A stretch of DNA of 64,000 nt from Candidatus Bathyarchaeota archaeon (GTDB taxonomy: Archaea; Thermoproteota; Bathyarchaeia; Bathyarchaeales; Bathycorpusculaceae). This document shows, one piece after another, positions 60,895 through 64,000 of this stretch; the first letter of the stretch is position 1, and every line of letters begins with the position of its first letter. A program made the position numbers and the translations under genes. The stretch spans positions 288,001 to 352,000 of the forward strand of contig CAVYES010000004.1 in NCBI GenBank assembly GCA_963767735.1. The letters run 5' to 3'. The notes under the pieces are model-generated. The model made no database searches and was not told where the DNA came from. It saw only the letters and a list, made by a program, of their open reading frames with translations.

Positions 60895-62115
60895 TCACTG
60901 GTTTGGCTTCAGCTCTCTCTCGCTCAAGATCGCTCCAGCTGTCGTAACGATGTTCGTAAGAATTATTATGTATGTAACAATGTTCACAAATGTGTCTGAA
61001 TTTGGCAGCTGAAGGCTTAAAGCGAGAATTGCAAGCGTGGCTGGTGTAAGTCCTTGCGCGCACATGAGCCATATCTTCCTTTTCTCACTCGATAACGGTG
61101 AATTGGAAGTTGATGCGCGTGTAGCCACATATCTGACTGCGAGAAGCAACACAAGAATCACAATTGCAATTGAAAGGTTAGTGGGAATATGTGATGGGGT
61201 AATCACGAAAGTCAAGCCCAGAGAGACGAATAGTAGGCTGGTGAGTAGAAATGAAATTTCCTGTTGAAATGCTCCAAGCTGACTTTGAAGAGAATCCAAG
61301 TCCATTTTTGTTCTGAAAAATTTATTCACGAGGTAGTAGTTTCCAAAGACGATTCCGAAGACAAGCACGGCAAGTGTGCCGTTGCCCCCGAGTTCTGTTG
61401 TCAAGGAGTACGTGATTAGGATTAGTCCTAATGTCAGGACGTACGTGAACTTCAGTTTTTGAAAACGATAAAGTATAAAGATCCATGCCAGACCCAAAAT
61501 GGCGCCTAGCACTATTCCAACTGAAAACTGAGACGCGACACTAGAAAGGGCTGAGGTCAAATTAATTGGGTTCGCGTAGACATCGACAAAAGTGAAGAAA
61601 AGCACGATGAGGAAAATGGAGTTTATTTCAGCTTCTATGGTTAGGAAAGATGATGTTGCTTCCGACATTTTCATCCACCTTGAGAGAGGTACGAGAAGTG
61701 CAGCCGTTGTTTCGCCTGATATCATAGAAGCGAAGATAAACGATGGCAACGTGCCCCACTTCATAACGAAAATTCCTATCGCTCCAATCAGTATAGAGCT
61801 TAATCCAACGTAGATTACTGCTTGAATCAAAGCTCTTCCTCCATTTGCAAGAACCGCAGTGGATTTCAAGCCTAATCCACCGTAAAAAAGAACCATTAAA
61901 AGTGTCAACTCTGCAAAGGGTGCAAGCACTGAAATTAGCGATGCTCTTGGAAAAAGATTCAGGATTGGACCCAGGATTATTCCTACAAGTATGAGAAAAA
62001 TAAAGATAGGTATGCCGGTTTTCTTAAAGAAGAATTCTCCAGCGAAACCAATGACTATGATTCCCGCAACTACTGCAAAAACAATAGACGTATCCAACAT
62101 ATCCGGCTCCGTCAA
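60895..62115 (-). CDS. Cation:proton antiporter (NhaP/CPA1), tandem paralog
   Basis: Same motifs; clearly homologous to its neighbour. Confidence 0.93.
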   Translation of the reverse strand: MTEPDMLDTSIVFAVVAGIIVIGFAGEFFFKKTGIPIFIFLILVGIILGPILNLFPRASLISVLAPFAELTLLMVLFYGGLGLKSTAVLANGGRALIQAVIYVGLSSILIGAIGIFVMKWGTLPSFIFASMISGETTAALLVPLSRWMKMSEATSSFLTIEAEINSIFLIVLFFTFVDVYANPINLTSALSSVASQFSVGIVLGAILGLAWIFILYRFQKLKFTYVLTLGLILITYSLTTELGGNGTLAVLVFGIVFGNYYLVNKFFRTKMDLDSLQSQLGAFQQEISFLLTSLLFVSLGLTFVITPSHIPTNLSIAIVILVLLLAVRYVATRASTSNSPLSSEKRKIWLMCAQGLTPATLAILALSLQLPNSDTFVNIVTYIIILTNIVTTAGAILSERELKPNQ

Positions 62116-62338
62116 GTATCAAATGTAAATTTGACTATTTTTGTTTTGCCAATTGCAGAATACCAGGCACATTCTCAGGCGATTTTGACGGCGATTGCCA
62201 CGGGCATCTCATAAATATATTTAGCTCAAAAAATATCTCAGGATAGAAATATTTCTTCGAGTCGAAGCCAATACAAGAAAAAGTTCAAAGATGTTCGAGC
62301 ATGCTCTAATAGTTCAGAGCAAATACAATGAGTGGAAA

Positions 62339-64000
62339 CTATTGCGTGTATGTTTTTGCTTCTGTCAGGGTCTCAGCAACATTGTCATATGCCTTCATCA
62401 CATCTGTTCGAGTAACTATTCCAAGCAGTTGACCTGTCTGTCGTGAAACAACCGGCATTCTCCCAATTCCATTTGTAGTCATTTTATGAAGAACATCATG
62501 AAGTGACTCATCTGGATACGTCACGAGAACGTTCTTAGTCATAATATTCGCAAGTTGAGTTGAACCCATCTGTTCTCTGGGAACGCGTATTACGTCAGAC
62601 ATCGACACTATACCCACAACTTTCTGGGAGTCTAAAATTGGTAGCCCATTGAAGTGCTTCTCAAGCATCAATTGATAAGCCGTCTTAACCATGTCATTGG
62701 GTGCAAGAGAGATGCAGTGGGGGTTTGTCGCATCCATCACTTGAATCTTTGTCAGCAGAGGAACGTTGTACTCCCCTCTGTGAGCAGGAGAATCAGCCCT
62801 AGTCTTGACTTGACTACGGTAAATCGTGTATTTTGAACCGCAAACAAAAAAAGCTATCACAACTGCAACCATTGAAGGTGCAATTAGAGAAAGGTTGCCT
62901 GTCATCTCACTTACCATTAAAATCACGGCTATTGGAACCCGACCGACACCCGCAAACAAAGCCATCATACCCACAATCACGAGTGATCCAGCCAAAGGAA
63001 TAAATCCGGGAAACAATGAGTTGGTCGCAACCCAAAGAGCGGCACCTACGAATCCTCCTATTCCTAATGCAGGTGCAAAAACTCCGCCGCTTCCACCTGA
63101 GCCAACAGTTAAAGACGTTGCAAAGATTCTGAATACAACTATCAGTGACAGAGTGATGATTAATGGAAGGGCGATGTAGTTTGTTGTGATCATGTTCAGC
63201 TTTCCATCAATCAAGAATTGTAGGAAACCGTAGCCCAATCCTATAACCTGTGGAAAGAAGATGCCTATTACACCAGCGAATGCGGCTCCAATCGCTGGTT
63301 TGAAGTAATTAGGAAGCCGCACAGAGTTAAAGTATGATTTTACCGAGTAAAAAGTGGTTGTGTAGAATCTGCCTATAAGACCGCATAGCACTCCAAGAAT
63401 TGCGAAGATTACGATGGTCCAAGGATTACTAAAGGAGAAGACAGAAGAGGAAGTTCCGAAAATTGGAGTGAAGCCGGTGAAAGATCCAAAGATAACATAT
63501 CCTACAGGTGAAGCAATGAAGGCGGGGATGAGGGCGCTGGTTTCAAAATCTCCTCCACTATAGAGTATTTCCGCGCTGAGGATAGCCCCGGCGAATGGAG
63601 ATTTAAAGATTGAGCCGATTCCAGCGCCTATACCTACGGCCACCGCTATTCTTCTGTCACTTGCAGACAGCTTAAGGGCATCCGAAATTGAAGAGCCAAA
63701 ACCAGCTGCAATTAGTGCAGTTGGTCCTTCTCTGCCAGCGCTGCCTCCCGAACCTATTGTGAATGCGGATGCAATAGTTTTGATTATGGGTACTCTCTTT
63801 CTGATTTTTCCGTTTTTTTGATGAAACGATTCTATTGCCGCATCGGTTCCGTGTCCTTCTGCTTCGGGTGCAAATTTGAACACTAATAAACCTGCGATTA
63901 GACCTCCGATTATTGTCGATACGGGTATTAGCAGGAAATTGGGGTGTGAAATGACACTTGTTGAAAGCTCTCCAGCTGCAGTTGGAGGGTAGAATCCAGT
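62339..64000 (-). CDS. ClC chloride channel/antiporter with CBS pair (5' end outside window)
   Basis: GHGTD, GREGP, GGVFAP, two CBS domains; frame open to the window end. Confidence 0.94.
   Translation of the reverse strand, partial: TGFYPPTAAGELSTSVISHPNFLLIPVSTIIGGLIAGLLVFKFAPEAEGHGTDAAIESFHQKNGKIRKRVPIIKTIASAFTIGSGGSAGREGPTALIAAGFGSSISDALKLSASDRRIAVAVGIGAGIGSIFKSPFAGAILSAEILYSGGDFETSALIPAFIASPVGYVIFGSFTGFTPIFGTSSSVFSFSNPWTIVIFAILGVLCGLIGRFYTTTFYSVKSYFNSVRLPNYFKPAIGAAFAGVIGIFFPQVIGLGYGFLQFLIDGKLNMITTNYIALPLIITLSLIVVFRIFATSLTVGSGGSGGVFAPALGIGGFVGAALWVATNSLFPGFIPLAGSLVIVGMMALFAGVGRVPIAVILMVSEMTGNLSLIAPSMVAVVIAFFVCGSKYTIYRSQVKTRADSPAHRGEYNVPLLTKIQVMDATNPHCISLAPNDMVKTAYQLMLEKHFNGLPILDSQKVVGIVSMSDVIRVPREQMGSTQLANIMTKNVLVTYPDESLHDVLHKMTTNGIGRMPVVSRQTGQLLGIVTRTDVMKAYDNVAETLTEAKTYTQ

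Noticed and set aside
3391-63179. Numerous antisense or nested ORFs in the track (e.g. 4338-4868, 12266-12829, 44903-45364)
   Set aside because: Shadow frames of well-supported genes.

Overview
Archaeal chromosomal window. Gene content (PEF-type C-terminal sorting tails, PQQ/YncE propellers, archaeal rpl12, BHB-intron tRNAs) most resembles Bathyarchaeia; this is an inference. 1-14.5 kb is mostly housekeeping: GT2, PAS histidine kinase, inositol-1-P synthase, PGI/PMI, SPOUT methyltransferase, presenilin-like protease, L12 and a SelB-like GTPase. It also holds an integrase stub, an intron-containing tRNA-Ala(GGC) and a free-standing HTH-LAGLIDADG gene whose 3' end overlaps that tRNA. 14.6-54.3 kb is a ~40 kb island of about 30 secreted or membrane-anchored surface-protein genes, headed by an AbrB-like gene and a RelE/RHH toxin-antitoxin pair. 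The island is modular: a conserved block (PEF sorting tail plus MNKKII gene) is joined to unrelated ectodomains, once out of frame. It also has two recurring promoter/operator motifs, a 1.1 kb inverted gene duplication and repeated remnants of an unknown gene. 54.4-64 kb holds DUF763, a two-intron tRNA-Trp whose first intron carries C/D-type guides, an ABC exporter with a wHTH regulator, two NhaP antiporters and a ClC-CBS channel. Many single-base frameshifts fall at homopolymers or CCWGG contexts and may be assembly errors. No databases were searched; family calls rest on motif recognition.
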